This document shows positions 34,479 through 48,212 of a stretch of 64,000 nucleotides of DNA, one piece after another. Location of the stretch: the NCBI GenBank assembly GCA_004431415.1, contig QPMI01000206.1, positions 62,001 to 126,000 on the forward strand. Reading direction: 5' to 3'. The notes under the pieces were generated by a model. That model had not been told where the DNA came from. It searched no databases and was given only the letters and a program-made list of their open reading frames with translations. This stretch comes from Cyanophora paradoxa CCMP329. Lineage: Eukaryota; Plantae; Glaucophyta. The first letter of the stretch is position 1. Every line of letters begins with the position of its first letter. Position numbers and translations under genes: made by a program.

Positions 34479-37400
34479 ATGGGCCCGGCGTCGCCGGCGC
34501 GAGGACCGATGGCGGCCGGGAACCCCGTCCCGCCTCTCGCCTGCGGCTGCGACGCGCAGGGCGACCTCGCCTGTAACGTGCCTCACACGTTGGAGCAGTG
34601 CGCCCCCGCCGCCGCCCCCGCCGCCTCCGCGCGACTGTTGATCGATTCGCAAATGTCAGTCTGCCACTGCCGCTGCCCCTGCCGGCGTTCCTGGTGCTCG
34701 CGGAGGCGCTGGCGGAGCGCGTCTTCGCGTTCCACGACGGCGACCACCGCAGCCTGCTCCTCTCGGCCCTCCGGGTGCGCGGCCCGGCCCGCCGCGCGCG
34801 CGCGCCGCGCGCCGGCGGCGCCGCTCACGCGCCGCAGCCGTGGAACGTGAGCGTACGCTTCACGCGGGGAGGAGAAGGTGCGCCGCTGCGCCGCGGCCGC
34901 GTCCTTGCCTGGCTGACGGGCGCCGCGCGCGGCTCGCGGCGCAGGGGCGGAAGTGGTTCTCAACGATCACTCGGTCGGGGGCAACGCCGTCGCCCCGTCG
35001 CCGCGGAGGGCGGCGCCCGAGCTCGAGGCGTTCAGCTACACGGCGCCGGAGCTGACGGGGCGCGTCGGCAGCTTGGACGGTGCGCCGGCCCAGCCCGGCC
35101 GGCCTCCTCCTTCGGGGCTCCCGCCTCCGCTGAGCGGGCGGGCGGCAGGCGCCGACGAGCGCTCCGACCTGTACCTCCTCGGCATCCTCCTCTACGGTCC
35201 GCGCGCGCCCCGCGAGCCCGCGCCCCGCCCCGCCCCGCCTGCCGCGCCGGCGAGCGCCGCCGCCGCAGAGTGCGCGACGGGGCGGCGGCCCTTCACGGGT
35301 TCGACCCCGATCGAGCTCATCCACGCGCACCTCGCCAAGCGGTGCGCCCCGGATCGAATCCGAGAGGGGCTGCCCGCCCTCCCCGCCCCTCACGGCCCGC
35401 AGCCCGACGCGCGTGACTCACCTCAACACGGCGTACCCCGAGGTCGTCGGCGCCGTCATCGAGGCGAGCCGGCCCCCCCCGCCCCATCCCCCCCTTTCCT
35501 CGCCCGAGCGGCGCGGCGCAGCGGCTGCTGGCGAAGACGCCGCGGGACCGCTACCAGTCCGCCTACGGCCTCCTGCAGGACCTGACCAGGCGCGCGCCCC
35601 CGCATCCCGCCCCCTCCGCGCCTCGGGCGACGGGCGCGCCGGGCAGGTGCCGGGAGCTGCTGAAGGCGGAGGGGACGGTGCCGGGCTTCGTGCTGGGGAG
35701 CAACGACCCGAGCGCGCGCCTCGTCCTCCCCGAGGCCCCCTGCGGCCGCTCCGACGACGTCCAGCGCGCCCTCGACGCCTGCCGCCGCGTCAAGGTCTCC
35801 CCGCCCCCGCCCGAGCGCCGGCGCTGCCGCCTCGAAGAAGAAGAGGAAGAAGCGGCGCCGACGCCGCCCCGCAGGAGTCGCGCCGGCCGGCCCTCGTCGT
35901 CGTCTCGGGGCCCCCGTGCGCCCGCCCCCGCCCCGCCCTCCCCCGCCTCCGCCCTCCGAGCCTCGGGTGCGGGGGCAGGGGGGCGGGGAAGACTTTCACG
36001 GTGCGGGAGATCGGGCGGCGGGCGGAGGCGGCGGGCCTGGCCTCGCGCTTCCTCGCCGGCAAGGTGGACCAGTACAACCGGGTGCCCTTCGCGATGTGGT
36101 TCCGGGCGCTGGGCGACCTCGTCTGCCAGCTCCTCGCCGCCCCGACCGCCGAGGTCGGCCGCTGGCGCGCCGCCCTCCTCGCCGCCCTCCAGGCCCGCCC
36201 GCCCTCTCCGCCCCGCCCCGCCCTGCAGCCCTCTCCGCTTAGGCCGCGCGCAGGGCAACGCGCGGCTGCTGGTGGACGTCGTTCCGGCCGCCAAGCTCCT
36301 CCTCGGCTCCGTCCGCCCGCCCCGCCCCGCCCCGCCCCTCCGCCTCGCTCTCCGTCCCCGCCCTTGAGCGTTCGGGGGCGCAGGGCCTGGCGCCCCTCCC
36401 CGAGGTCTCCCCCGCCGAGTCCCAGGCCTGCCCCCGCCCGCCTCCGCCTCCGCCGCCCCCGCTGAGGTTTGTTTCGCGGGGCAGGCGCGGCTGCGGGCGT
36501 GCTTCACGGAGCTGCTGCGGGTCGTCGCCGGGCCCGCGGGCCCCCCCCTCGTCGTCCTCCTCGACGACTGCCAGGCCCGCCCCGCCCCGCCCCCGCCTCG
36601 CCCCCCGCCTCGTCCTCCCTGACACTCGGCCTCCTCCCCCCAGTGGGTGGAGCGGGAGACGATCGCGCTGGCGGAGCACGTGCTCGCCTCCGACCTCCCC
36701 GTCCTCCTCTGCGTCACCTACCGGTCCGCTGGGGCGGGGCGAGGCGGGGCCCGTCGGGCCGCCGCCTGAGCCGGCCGGGGGGCTCCTGCAGCTCGTGCGA
36801 GGTGGGGGAGGGCCACATCGCGGCGGAATTCGTGCAGCGCGCCACCCGCTCCGTCCCCGTCGAGACCCTCCCCGTCCGCCCCCGCCCCCCATCCCTCTTC
36901 CCCTTCGCCCCTTTTCTGACGGCGGGGCAGCTGGAGCCGATGGACCTGAGCGACGCGCGCGAGCTCGTCGTCACCGCCGTGCGCCCCCCCTCGGCCCCGC
37001 CCCGTGCCCTCTCTAGATCCCCGAGGACACGCTGAGGCCGTGGCTCGGGGCCGCAGCTGAAGGTGCCGAACGACGAGGCGGTGGCGCGCCTCGCCGCCGC
37101 CCTCCTGCGCAAGTCCTCCGGCAACCCCCTCCACACCGTGCGCACGCCCCCGGCCCCGCCTTCGAGGAAGACAGACAAGGATAGAAGCTAGAAGCTAGAG
37201 ACCCCTGCCGCTGCTGTCGGACCCGTCCTCACGGGGGGCCTCTGCAGCTGCAATTCCTGCGGATCCTGTACGAGCGGCGCGTGCTCCGCTTTAACCACCC
37301 GCTGGGGCGCTGGAGCTGGGACCAGGCCGCCGTCGACGCCATCCAGGAGGCCCGCTCCGCTCCGCTTCGCTTTGCGCCTCGCCGCCCCTTCCTCTCTCTC

Positions 37401-40400
37401 TCTTCTGAGGCGGCTCGTCCGCAGGGCGACACGGTAGCGGAGATGGTGGCCCTCAGCATCCTCGCCCTGCCCCCCGACACCCAGCACGCCCTCCGGGCCC
37501 GCCCCCGCCCCTTCCCTCCTTGAGTGCTGTCTTGTTGTTCTCTCTGACGCGGCGCGGGGCGGCAGGTGGCGAGCTGCTGCGGGTCGACCTTCGACGTCGC
37601 CATGCTCTCCACCATCATCGGGGCCCCCGAGGAGGCCCGCCCCCGCCCCCGCCCCCCAGCCTTAGAGATCGCCTCGCGCATGCGCAGCCGCATCGCCCCT
37701 CTCACGCCCCGCGCAGGAGATCACACGGGCCGTGCAGCCGGCGCTCCTCGCCGGCCTCATCGTCGGCCAGGCCCGCCCCGCCCCGCCCCGCCCTCCGCCC
37801 CCCGCTCCCCGGGCTCGCTCGCTCGGGTCTGACGGGGCGGGCGGGCAGGAGCGGGCGGGCGGGGTGGAGGGCCCGGGGGCGGCGGCGCGGGGCGCGCTGG
37901 CGCTCCCCTCGGGCTCGGCGTGCGCGATGGGCGTCCCCGCCTTCCTCTCCTTCCACCACGACAAGATCCAGCAGGTGGAGGAAGAGGGCGAGGGAGATGG
38001 GAAGGGAGGGCTAGAGAAGCACAGGGCACGCATCGGTCGCCACCGGAACTTGAAGCCTCGAACCAACGAGCCGAGGAATAAAGAACCCGAATAGCTCGTG
38101 GGGCGCTCTAATTGCACAACGAGCGCCACGAACAAAGGGCCATCGAATAGAGGCTGACGTTCACCGGCCGCGGCCGGCTGCAGGCGGCGCACGACACGAT
38201 CGAGGAGGGGGAGAAGGCGGCGCTCTGCTTCCGCGCCGGCATGCTCCTCCGCGCCGCCATGCCCAACCCGTCCGCCCCTCAGCTTTCCGTTTCTTTCCTC
38301 CCGCGAGGGCCATCGAGCGTTCCGCGGGCAGGGCGGAGGCGGAGAACCTGTACGAGGTGGCGAACCTGCTGAACACGTCGCTGGCGGCGCCGCCGGCGGC
38401 CGCCGGCCGGCACGACTTCCTCGCCATCGCCCGCCTCGACCTCCTCGCCGCCCGCCGCGCCCGCAGGTGCCCAGAAGACCGCTTGGAAGAGGCTCCCTGC
38501 CCCTCCTCGTCCTCATCCTCACCCTCCTCCGCCGCAGCTGCACGGCGTTCGCGCGGGGCGGGGAGTACGCGCTGGCAGGCCTGCGGGCGATCTCGCTCGC
38601 GGGGACGGGCACCCGCCCCGAGATCGAGAGCGAGGGCGGCGGCGCCGCCGAGCGCTGCGCCTGCCGGTGCCCGCCCCGCCGCCCCGCCGCCGCCCCGCCC
38701 CTGCCCTCTGCGCTGCCCGTGAGCGGGTCGCCTGGGCAGGGGCACGGAGGCGGGGTGCACGGCGCCGCCGCACGTGCCAGGACCCCGCGAGCTCGAGTTC
38801 TGCCTCGTGGTTCGCCCCCGGCCCCGGCCCCGGCCCCGGCCCCCGCCCCGAGGGCCTAGGATTTAGATGGCCCGCCCGGCGGCCTTGGTCGCCGTCGCCG
38901 GCTTCCCGCCGCCGGCCCGCGGCTGACGCCGCTCCTCCGTGCGCCCCCCTCAGATGATCCTGGCGGAGTGCGAGTACCTGTCGGGGGACTACGCCGGCGC
39001 CGAGTCCCGCTTCCCCTCCGCCTGGCGCCTCGCCACCGTGCGCCCCGCTGGGCCCGGGGGCGCGCCTTGTCCCCGCCCCCGCCTGACGGGCCGGCGGCCG
39101 GGCGGGCAGTGCGCGGCGGAGCGGCTCTCGGTCTACCGCCTCGAGATCGCGTTCCTCTCCACGCGCGGCCAGTTCCGCAGGAGCCTCGAGGCGCGCCTCC
39201 CCGCCCCGCCCCAGGGCCGGGCGGAGGACGCCCGGATGGGGCCGAGCCGAGCTGAGGCGGGCCGAGCGCAGGTGGGGCTCGTCTGCATGCGCTCCCTCTG
39301 GGACGTCGACCTTTCCCTCGGTGCCCGCCCGCCCGCCCGCCGGCCCGCCTCGCTCCACCCTCCAACGCCTTTCCCCTTCGCCAGACGCGACGTTCGACCT
39401 CTTCCTGGCGGAGATGGACGACGTCGTCGCCGCCCTCGACGCCGCCCGCCCCGACCGCGTCCGCCCCGCCCCGCCCCGCCCCGCGCGCACCTCTCCCGGC
39501 CGGGCGCCTCACCGCCCCGGGCGCCGCGCAGGGGGGCGCCTTCAAGCCCTCGGACCTCGTCGACGTCTTCTCGGCCCTCCCGCCCTGCACCGACCGCCGT
39601 CCGCCCCCAGCGCGCCCTGCCTGCGATCTCTGCTGAACGTGCGCAGGGATGCTGGAGCTGATGCAGGTGGGGGCCGAGGCGGCCCTCTCGGCCGTCTACG
39701 GCGAGTGCCCCGCCCTCTTCGGCCTCATCCCCGCCCGGTCCGCCCGCCCCCGTCGGGTCTGATTTGATGGGAGGGCCCGGGAAGCCGACGCGGGGCTTAA
39801 TCTGGAGCGCAAGCTTACATATATTATTACTTATAACCTGATGTTCTATTATTTGATAAAGCTTTAAAAGCTGACGCGGGGCGGGCAGGTGCCTGAAGCT
39901 GAGCCTGGAGCACGGGCGGGCGCCGGAGACGGCGCTGCTGGCGGGCGTGCTCGGGCACGTCTGCGCCGCCACGGACGCCACCCTCCGCTACAGGTGCCAG
40001 CAGCGCGCACGGCGCCCGGGCGCCCGGCGCCGGCGCCCTCTGAGCCCGGCCGGCAGCCTGCCGCTGGCGACGGTGGCGGCGCGCTTCGGGGACCACGGCG
40101 ACCTCGCCCTCCGCGCCAAGGTCCCGCCTCTCCCACCCCGCCCCTCCGCCCCTCCCGCCCTCCGCTCAGCGCCGCCTGGCCGCAGTCGCTGGTGTGGCGC
40201 TGCTGCTCCTCGATCTGGGCGGAGAGCTTCGTCGAGTCCCTCGGGGTGCCCAAGCCATGCCTCCGCCCTAGCCCAGCTTAAGCCTCTGACGCTGGTCCTC
40301 CTCGGGCAGTACGCGGAGGCGAGCTTCCGGGCGTCGATGCAGCTCGGCGACCTCGTCTGCGCCTGTCCGCCCCGCCCGCCCCGCCCCCGCCCCCGCCCCG

Positions 40401-43400
40401 CCCCCGCCCCCGCCCCGGCCCCGCCCCATGCTTAGAAGACCCGCCCCAATCCGCCCCCCTGCCGCCCTCTGGTTTAATACTCTAGACCCGCCTCCCCCTG
40501 CCGCCCACCCTGTTTCGGACGCGCCTCGCCCCGCTCGTGGACAGATCGAAGATCCGGTTTTTTTAGATCCCACTCCGCTCCCGCCCGCGCCCCTCTTTGA
40601 GAGAGAGCGCGCTGAGGGCTGAGGGGGCCCGGGGGGCGCAGGCCTGGCGACGATGTGCGCGCTGCTGGCCGCCCTCTGGGCCGGCGAGTCACTGCCCCTC
40701 CTCCACCGCCGCGGTCCGCGCGCCTCCCTCCTGGATAGCCTGATAGCCTGAGCCCGCCTCGCAGCGTCGGCGGTGCTGCAGTTCGTGCGGACGCGGCAGC
40801 CGACCTTCGTCGTCCTCTCCAGCGCCTGGGTCGCCTCCTCCCGCCTCCTCCAGGCCCGCCCCGCCCCCGCCCATCCAGCCTTCTCTCCACTCCGCCCTGA
40901 AGCCTCCTCGGCCGACGACGCAGACGGGCGTGGCGGGCGAGGGCGACGCCGGCCTGTCGCCCCTCGAGCTCGCCACCCCATCCGCCGACCTGGCCCCGGT
41001 GCCCCCGCCCCCGCCCCCGCCCCGCCCCCGCCCCGCCCCCGCCCCGCGCGGCGCAGGTGGTCTGAGCCTTCGTCTCGCCTCCCCCCCCCCCCCCTTCCCC
41101 CCCCCCCCAGGGCTCGGGGCTGGCGTGCGGGCGGCTGCGGCTGGACGCGGAGCGCTACCGCTCCGACGTCGCCTCCCTCCCCTGCTGGTGCCCCCGCCCT
41201 GCCCTGCCCCGCCCCGCCCCGCCCCGCCCGCCCCGCCCCCGTCCCCCGCCCCCCTCCGAGCCTCCCCTTTCAGGGCGAAGGGGATGTTCACGGCGAGCCT
41301 GGTGACGTACGCCCTCGCGATGGGCGATTACCTCGCGGTGCCGTGTACCCCCTCTTCACCTGACTTCCTTCGCCCCCGCCTGACATCTCTCTCTCTCTCT
41401 CTCCCCTTCAAAACAGGCGTGGCGGATCTACGAGGAGTTCGTGGGCCCGCACACCAACGTCGACATCCTCCTCCTCCGCGAGGGCTACTCCGCCTACCAG
41501 GTCCCTCCCCGGGCCCCAGCGCCCCTCTCGCCCCCCTCTTCCTCCTCCTCCTCCCCGCCGACTCTCTCCTTCCCCCCCAGGACACGCTCACGGCGCTGTC
41601 CATCGCCATCGGAACGGTGCGCGGCGGCCGCGCCGGCTCCCCCGGCCCCGCCTTCGCCCCCCGCCTCTTCTCTCTCTCTGAGTCCAGTCCCCGGCAGCGG
41701 CTCTCGCCGGGCCCCGGGACGGACTGCTTCGACGCGGAGGCGCCGCTCGGGGAGGGCGCGCGGGCGGCGCTCGTCGAGCGCCTCGCCGGCTACTGCGACA
41801 GCCTCGGCGTCTTCGCCGGCGTCGCCCCCCAGAACTACGCCTTCCGGTGCGCCGCCCCTCTCTGGGGAGCCCGGGGCGCAGCAGGCGCACGCGGCCCGCG
41901 CGTCGAGGGCTCAAAAGGGAAGGCTGCCCGCGCGCCCGCTGACGCGTGGGCAGGCACCTGCTGGTGCGGGCGGAGCTGGCGCGGGCGCGCGGGGAGACGG
42001 CGGGGGCGATGGAGGGGTACGAGCGCGCCGCCGACGCCGCCGAGGCCGCTGGCGTCCTCCACATCGCGTGCGCACCCGCCCGCCTGCCCCCGGACGCCCC
42101 CTCGCTCACCGGGCGCGCCCCGCGCCCCGCGCCGGGCAGGGCGCTGGCGTGCGAGCGGCTGGGGACGCTGGCGCTCGGCATGGGCCTCCGCCGCACCGCC
42201 GCCGGCCACCTCCGCGCCGCCGCCCGCGCCTTCGAGGCCCGCGGCGCTGCCCCGCCCCGCCCCGCCCCGGGCCGGCCTGACATCTGCTCGCCGGCAGGCG
42301 TGGGGCGCGCGCCCGCGGGCGGCGATGCTCCGGGCCATGGCGGCCGCCGCGCACGCCGCCCCCGACTGCGACTGCCGCGCGGGGCCCGCCGGCTCCGCCC
42401 CCGGCCCAGCGAGCCCCAGCGACGCCCGGTGCCCTTCAGCCCCCTCCCTGCCCCTCGCCCCGCCCGCGCGTCCGACTCGCGGCCCTCCCTCGCCCTGCCC
42501 CTCCGCGCAGCGCGGAGAGCTTTCCCCCGGTCGCCCTCATCCCCAACCCTCCTCCACGGTGCCGGGCCCCACCCCCGCCCGCCGCACGCCGGCCCGGGCG
42601 CGCCCTGACCCTGCTCCTCCCCCAGGAGACCAGCTCGGGCTCCGGGTCGCGCTCGAGAACCGTCAGCAAGGGCACCAGCGCCCGCGACGAGGAGCGCGAC
42701 CCGAGCCTGGTGCCCCCGGCCCGCACGCCCGGCCCAATCCCCGCCCGAGACGAGCGAGCCGCCGCCTGCGCAGCGGGCGCAGCCGGCGTCGGGGTCCGCT
42801 GCGGCGTCGGGGGCGACGACGACGGCGGGGGCGACGGGGCGGCGGGGCGGGGGCGACTCGGCGCGGGAAGCGGCACTGGAGCGCGGGGGTACGGAGCCCG
42901 AGAGCAACTCGGAGGGGGACACCCTCAACTGGCCCGCCCGCCCCCCCCGCCCCGCCCGCCCCGTCGCTGTCGCCCCTGACGCCCCTCCAGGGAGACGCTG
43001 GCGTTCGCGAGCCAGTGCATCTCCCGCGAGATCGAGATCGCAAAGGCGCGCGCGCGCCGCGCTGGGGCTGGCTGGGGTCGGCTGACCGGCCCGCTGAGCC
43101 CCGCCCTCAGGTGCTGGAGCAGCTGATGACGGTGCTCCTCGAGATCTCCGGCGGCGAGCGCGGCTTCCTCGTGCGGCCCCGCCCCCCGGGGCCCGCCCCC
43201 GCCCGCCCCCTCGATGGCGAGAAGTCTCGAAGAAGAGCCCGCCTAGCTTCCGGCGCCTCTGCGTGACGCGCCTGCGCGCCTGCGGCAGGTGCTGGAGAAG
43301 GACAACTCGGGGGCCCCCGAGCAGGGCGCCAAGCCGGGCTCCCGCGAGGTCCCCCCCGCCCCGTCCCCCCCCGCCCCCTTCCCCCCGCCCCGCCCCGCCC

Positions 43401-46400
43401 CGGCCGACCGCCCCGGCAGGGCGCGGAGTACCTGATCGAGGCGATGGGCGAGGTCGTCCAGACGTCGCAGCCGCCCCGCCCGTGCGCCCCGCCCCCGCCC
43501 GCGAGCGCCCGAGGAGCTCTCCCCCGCTGACGCCGCGCCCGCCGGGGCGCCGCAGGGGGGCCAACGCCTCCCTCCGCATCGACGTCCTCCAGGTACCCCC
43601 CTCCCCGCTCGCCCGCCCCACCCCCTCACGCCCTCCCTTGGCAGGGCCTGCCGCTCGCGGAGTGCGGGGAGCTGCTGTGCGTGCGGGCCGTGGACTGGGC
43701 GGTCGCCACGGAGGCCACCGCCCTCCTCCAGGACTGCTCCCGCAGGGCACGCACGCTTGCTCCCCCAGCTCCCCCTAGCTAGTGGATAGGGACAGCCCCT
43801 CGAGCCGCCGGCGCCGCGCAGGAGGAGAACTACGGGATCGTGGCGGGGGACGCGTACGTGGAGCGGGCCGGCGTCAAGTCCCTCCTCGCCTTCCCCGTCA
43901 TGCACCAGGCCCGCGCCATCGGTGCGCCGCCCTAGCTCTCCGCTCTCCCCTCCTTTCCTTTCTTGATCTGGGCAGGGTGCGTGTACCTGGAGAACCGGCT
44001 TCTGCGGGGGGCCTTCCCCCCCGCCTCCATCGACATGCTCCGCATCCTCTCCTCCCAGATGGCCATCTCCGTACCCCCCGCCCCCCGCCCCGCCCCGCCC
44101 CGCCCCGGCCGACGCCTGTGGCCTCAGATCGTGAACGCGCGGCTGTACGAGCGGCTGCGGAAGAGCTGCGCCGAGCACGCCGCCGTCCTCGGTGCCCCCC
44201 CGCCAGCCCCCTCCCCGCTTCCCCTCCCTCGCCGACGCGCGCCGGCGGGGCAGCGAACGCGCACGACTCGATCGTGATCGTGGACGAGGCCGGGCGCATC
44301 GTCGCCGCCAACCCCGCCAGCGAGGTACCCCCGCCCCGCCCCGCCCCGCCCGAGTGAACGTTCGCCCCGCCCCGTTCGACCCCGCCCCGCGCAGCGCCTG
44401 TGGGACCAGAGCTGCGACGAGCTCGCCGGCCGCGTCCGCCCCGCCCCCCCGCCCCGCCCGCCCTTCCTCGCTGTCCCTCTCGAAGCCCCTGACCGCCCCG
44501 CCCGGCAGCGGCTGGAGGAGCTGCTGAGCCTGACGGGCCCCCAGGAGCAGCAGGAGGAGGCCCGGCGCCAGCCCAGCCAGGTGCCCCAGCCCAGCCCCCA
44601 GCCTGAAGCCTGTTTGTTTAGAGAGGTCTGACGGGGGCGCGCCCCTCCCCGCCCGGCAGGACGAGCCGGAGCGGGAGGAGGGGCCCGAGGAGGAGCGGGG
44701 CCCGCTGCGGAGCCCCCTCGAGCAGCTGCTCGGGCCCTCGTCGCGCCCCACCCCCGCCGCCCTCGGCAAGGCTCGCCGCCCCGCCCCGCCCCGCCCCGCC
44801 CCGCCAGCCTTGGGGTCGAGCGCCGCCCGCGCGCAGATCTGGAACGGGTTCGGGCTGTGCGCCCGGGGCCGCGTCGAGGTCGAGGTCTGCTTCACGGCGC
44901 TCGAGGAGGAGGCCGGCGCCTCGGACCGCGGCGACTCGGGGCGCTCCTCGCCCAGGTGCGGAACAGAGACAAGGAGACTAGAAGCAGTCTAGACTAGAGC
45001 CAGGCCCCGGGGCTGACGCGGGGCCGGCGGGGGGCGGGCAGCTCGTCGGGGGCGGCGATCGCGTCGCTGGCGCCGCCGGCGGGGCCCGGGCCCGGGGGCG
45101 TGCGGCGGCCCTCCTCCTCCGCCCTCGACTCCAAGCGCTACGCCGTCTTCGTCGTCCGCACGCCCCCGCCCCTGCGCGGACGCGTCTGAGCGCCGCGCAG
45201 CGCGACATCAGCGCGCGGCTGCAGGCGGAGCGCCGCCTCCAGCAGATCCACCGCCGCTGGTGCCCCGCCCCGCCCCGCCGCCCCTCCCGCAGGGCCCCGC
45301 CTCACCCGCCCCGCCCGCCCCGCCGCGCAGGTTCTGCATGATGACGCACGACCTGCGCACCCCGCTCAACGGCATCCTCGGCATGTACGAGCTCCTCTCC
45401 GACACCAAGCTCTCCCTCGAGCAGCGCGAGTCCGCCCGCCCCGCCCCTCCCGCGCCCCGCCCCGCCCCCGCCCCGCCCCTCACGCGGCGGGGGCGGCAGG
45501 TACGTGCGGCAGATCGGGGCCTCGGCGGACGTCCTCCTCTCCCTCATGGACGACGCGCGCCCCGCCCCTCGCCCCCTCCTCCTGAGGGAGTCGCTTTCTA
45601 ATCGCTGCGCCTCAGATCCTGGAGTACTCGCGGCTGGAGGAGGGGGTCGCCGAGGCGCGCCCCGCCCCCTTCGACCTCCTCGAGTGCCTCGAGGGTCCGC
45701 CCGCGCCCGCCCGCCCTCGCCCCCCCTCGCCCTCGAGCTCTGCCTCACCGCGCCGCGAACCCGCCCGCAGAGACGGTCTCCATGGTGGCCATCAGCGCCC
45801 GCAGCAAGGAGATCGGTGCGCTCGCTCGGGTGGGAGGAGGCGGGGCGCCGCCTCGTCGAAACTGAGGCGGGCGCGCGGGGCAGACCTGCTGCTGCTGCTG
45901 CCGCCGGACCTGCCGACGCGCGTCGTCGGCGAGAGCGTCCGCTTCCGCCGCGTCGTCATGAAGTCCGCCACCCCGCCCGCCCGCCTGCCCCCCACCCTTG
46001 GGATCTCCGCTGATCGGGCCGCGCCCCCGCCCGCCCCGCCCCGTCCCGCCCGCGTCCCCGCAGCTACCTCTCCAACGCGGTATGCGCTACCTGCCGCGTC
46101 CCAGCGCTGCTGTGACTCACCCATCTACCCCCCCCCCCCAACTTCGTTCGCACAGGTGAAGTTCACGCAGGAGCGCGGCCGCGTCGAGCTCCGCGTCTCC
46201 GCCACCCCCGAGGCAGCCCCCGGCCCTCCCCTCCCCAGACTCTTGCCCTTCTCTTTCTCTGAGGCGCGGGGCAGGGCCCCGGCCGGGCGCGCTTCCGCGT
46301 GACCGTCAAAGACAACGGCATCGGCATCCCGAAGGGTGCGGCCCTCTGCTATAGGATTTACATCCTAGTATCCCCTCGCAGCTTCTTAGTATCCCACTCT

Positions 46401-48212
46401 CGATCTTAAATTCCCCCATTCCGCCTTGGCGCCGCCCCGGCTGAGGCTTCTTGCGCGCGCGCAGCCCAGCAGCACCTTCTCTTCCGGGCGTACGGGCAGG
46501 TGCAGGGCCGGGGCGCCAGCCGCATGTTCGCCGGCACCGGCCTCGGCCTCGTCCGCCCCGCCCCGCCCCGCCCCCCTCGAGAGCCTCGCTTGACCGGCGC
46601 CCGGGCGCAGGCGATCGCGCGGCGGCTGGCGGAGGCGATGGGCGGCGGGGCCGGGGTCGTCTCCGAGGAGGGCAAGGGCGCCGAGTTCTGGGCCGACGCC
46701 CTCCTCGCCCTCCAGGCGCCCCGCCCCCCCTCCAGCCCCCGCCCGCGCAGGCTGAACGCCGCGCAGGAGGAGGGCCCGCCCGGGGCGCGGCCGGGGCGGC
46801 GGGGAGTGGCCGCGGCTGGAGGGGGCGCGCTGCGCGCTGGACCTGCGCGGCGCCTCCTCCGCCGACGCCCTCGAGCACTACCTCGAGCAGGTCCGCGCAG
46901 CCCGGCCCGGCTGCTCGCTGCTCGAGCCGAGCCGAGGCGCGGGTCGCAGTGGGGCGGCGGGTGGTGCGGGGGCGCCCCCGGGGGCGGGGCGGGGCGGGGG
47001 CGGGCGAGCCCTGCGCCCTCCTCCTCTCCGACGACCTCGAGGCCCTGGGCCTCGCAGGGGCCGGCGCCCCCGCCTCGCCCGCCTCGGCCTCGGCCTCGGC
47101 CTCCGCCTCGGCGGTGGTGGCGGTCTTCGCGTCGGAGGCGGCGGCGGCGGGGGCGGCGGGGGCCGCCGTCGACGGCGTCGTGCTCCCCGTGCGGCCCTCG
47201 CAGCTCGCCCGCGCCCTCCTCTCCGCGTGCGCCCTCTCTTGTTCGCAATCGGGTGCATCCGCGGACGATAGCTGAGGTTCCGTCCGTGCAGGATGCGCCG
47301 CTCGGGGCGCGAGCCGCCGGGCCTCGAGCCGCCCCTCTCGCCCTCGTCGGACCCGGAGGCGGCGGCGGCGCTGGCGCTGGCGGCGTGCGGGTCGCCGCCG
47401 CCGACGCCGACGTCGGCCGCCGCGATGGCGGGGGCGCCGGGGGCGCGGATCCTGCTGGTGGACGACATCAAGACGAACCTGCTGCTGGCGAAGAAGATGC
47501 TCGAGTCGGCGGGGCACAGCGTCAAGACCGCCGAGAACGGCGAGCAGTGCATCGGTGACCCCGCCCCAGCACCGCCCCCACGCCCCCCCTGACCGCCCCC
47601 CTCCCCCTCCCCAGCGATGTTCAGCGCGGACCCGGGCGCCGTTGACCTTATCCTCCTCGACGTCGAGATGGTGCGCCCGGCCGGCTTGCCCCCTCCCCGC
47701 GCGCGTTCTCTCCGCCCCTAGCGCGCCGCCGCGGCCGCTGACCGCTGACCCGGCCCGGGGGCGGGCGCGCGCAGCCGGTGTGCGACGGGCGGGAGGCGTG
47801 CCTCCGCATCCGGGAGCTCGAGGCGGGGCCCCTCGGCCGCGCCCGCGCCGGCCCCGTCCCCATCGTGTCCGCCACCCCGCCCCCGCGCCCTTCCCCCCCT
47901 CCCTTCCCCTGACGTGAGCGCCCTGCGCTCCCCGCAGCTTCCTGACGGCGAACGCGATGCCGGAGGACCGGGAGGAGGCCCTGCGCCTCGGGGCGAGCGG
48001 CTTCACGACCAAGCCCATCCGCCGCCAGGCGAGCGAGCCGGGGCCGCCCCCGCCCCAAGCCTGCGGCCTCAGGCGCGTTTAATCTATTAACGTTCATTTA
48101 TTATTAGGTGCTCCTGGAGGCGGTCGCGAGGCACCTGCGGGGCCCCGAGGGCCCGCGGCACCCGCCCTCCCCCTCGAACTCAGCGGCGGGGGGGGGCGGC
48201 TTCGTGCACTGA
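34479..48212 (+). CDS. Giant hybrid histidine kinase: degenerate Ser/Thr kinase - P-loop ATPase - helical region - GAF - PAS - HisKA - HATPase_c - receiver
   Basis: YTAPELTGR..DERSDLYLLGILLY|ECATGRRPF; VVVSGPP|GAGKT; SSGNPL; GAF KSLLAFPVMHQARAI|GCVYLENRLLRGAF; PAS DSIVIVDEAGRIVAANP; H-box MTHDLRTPLNGILG; N-box N|YLSNA|VKFT; G1 VKDNGIGIP; G2 GTGLGL; receiver ILLVDD..LILLDVEM|P..FLTANA..FTTKPI; stop at 48210-48212. Confidence 0.92.

Noticed and set aside
40930-43750. Very long overlapping ORFs (778 aa on +, 720 aa on -) and many similar Pro/Arg/Gly-rich ORFs throughout
   Set aside because: Artefacts of high GC and few stop codons: they read through (GCCCC)n introns or are antisense shadows of real spliced genes.
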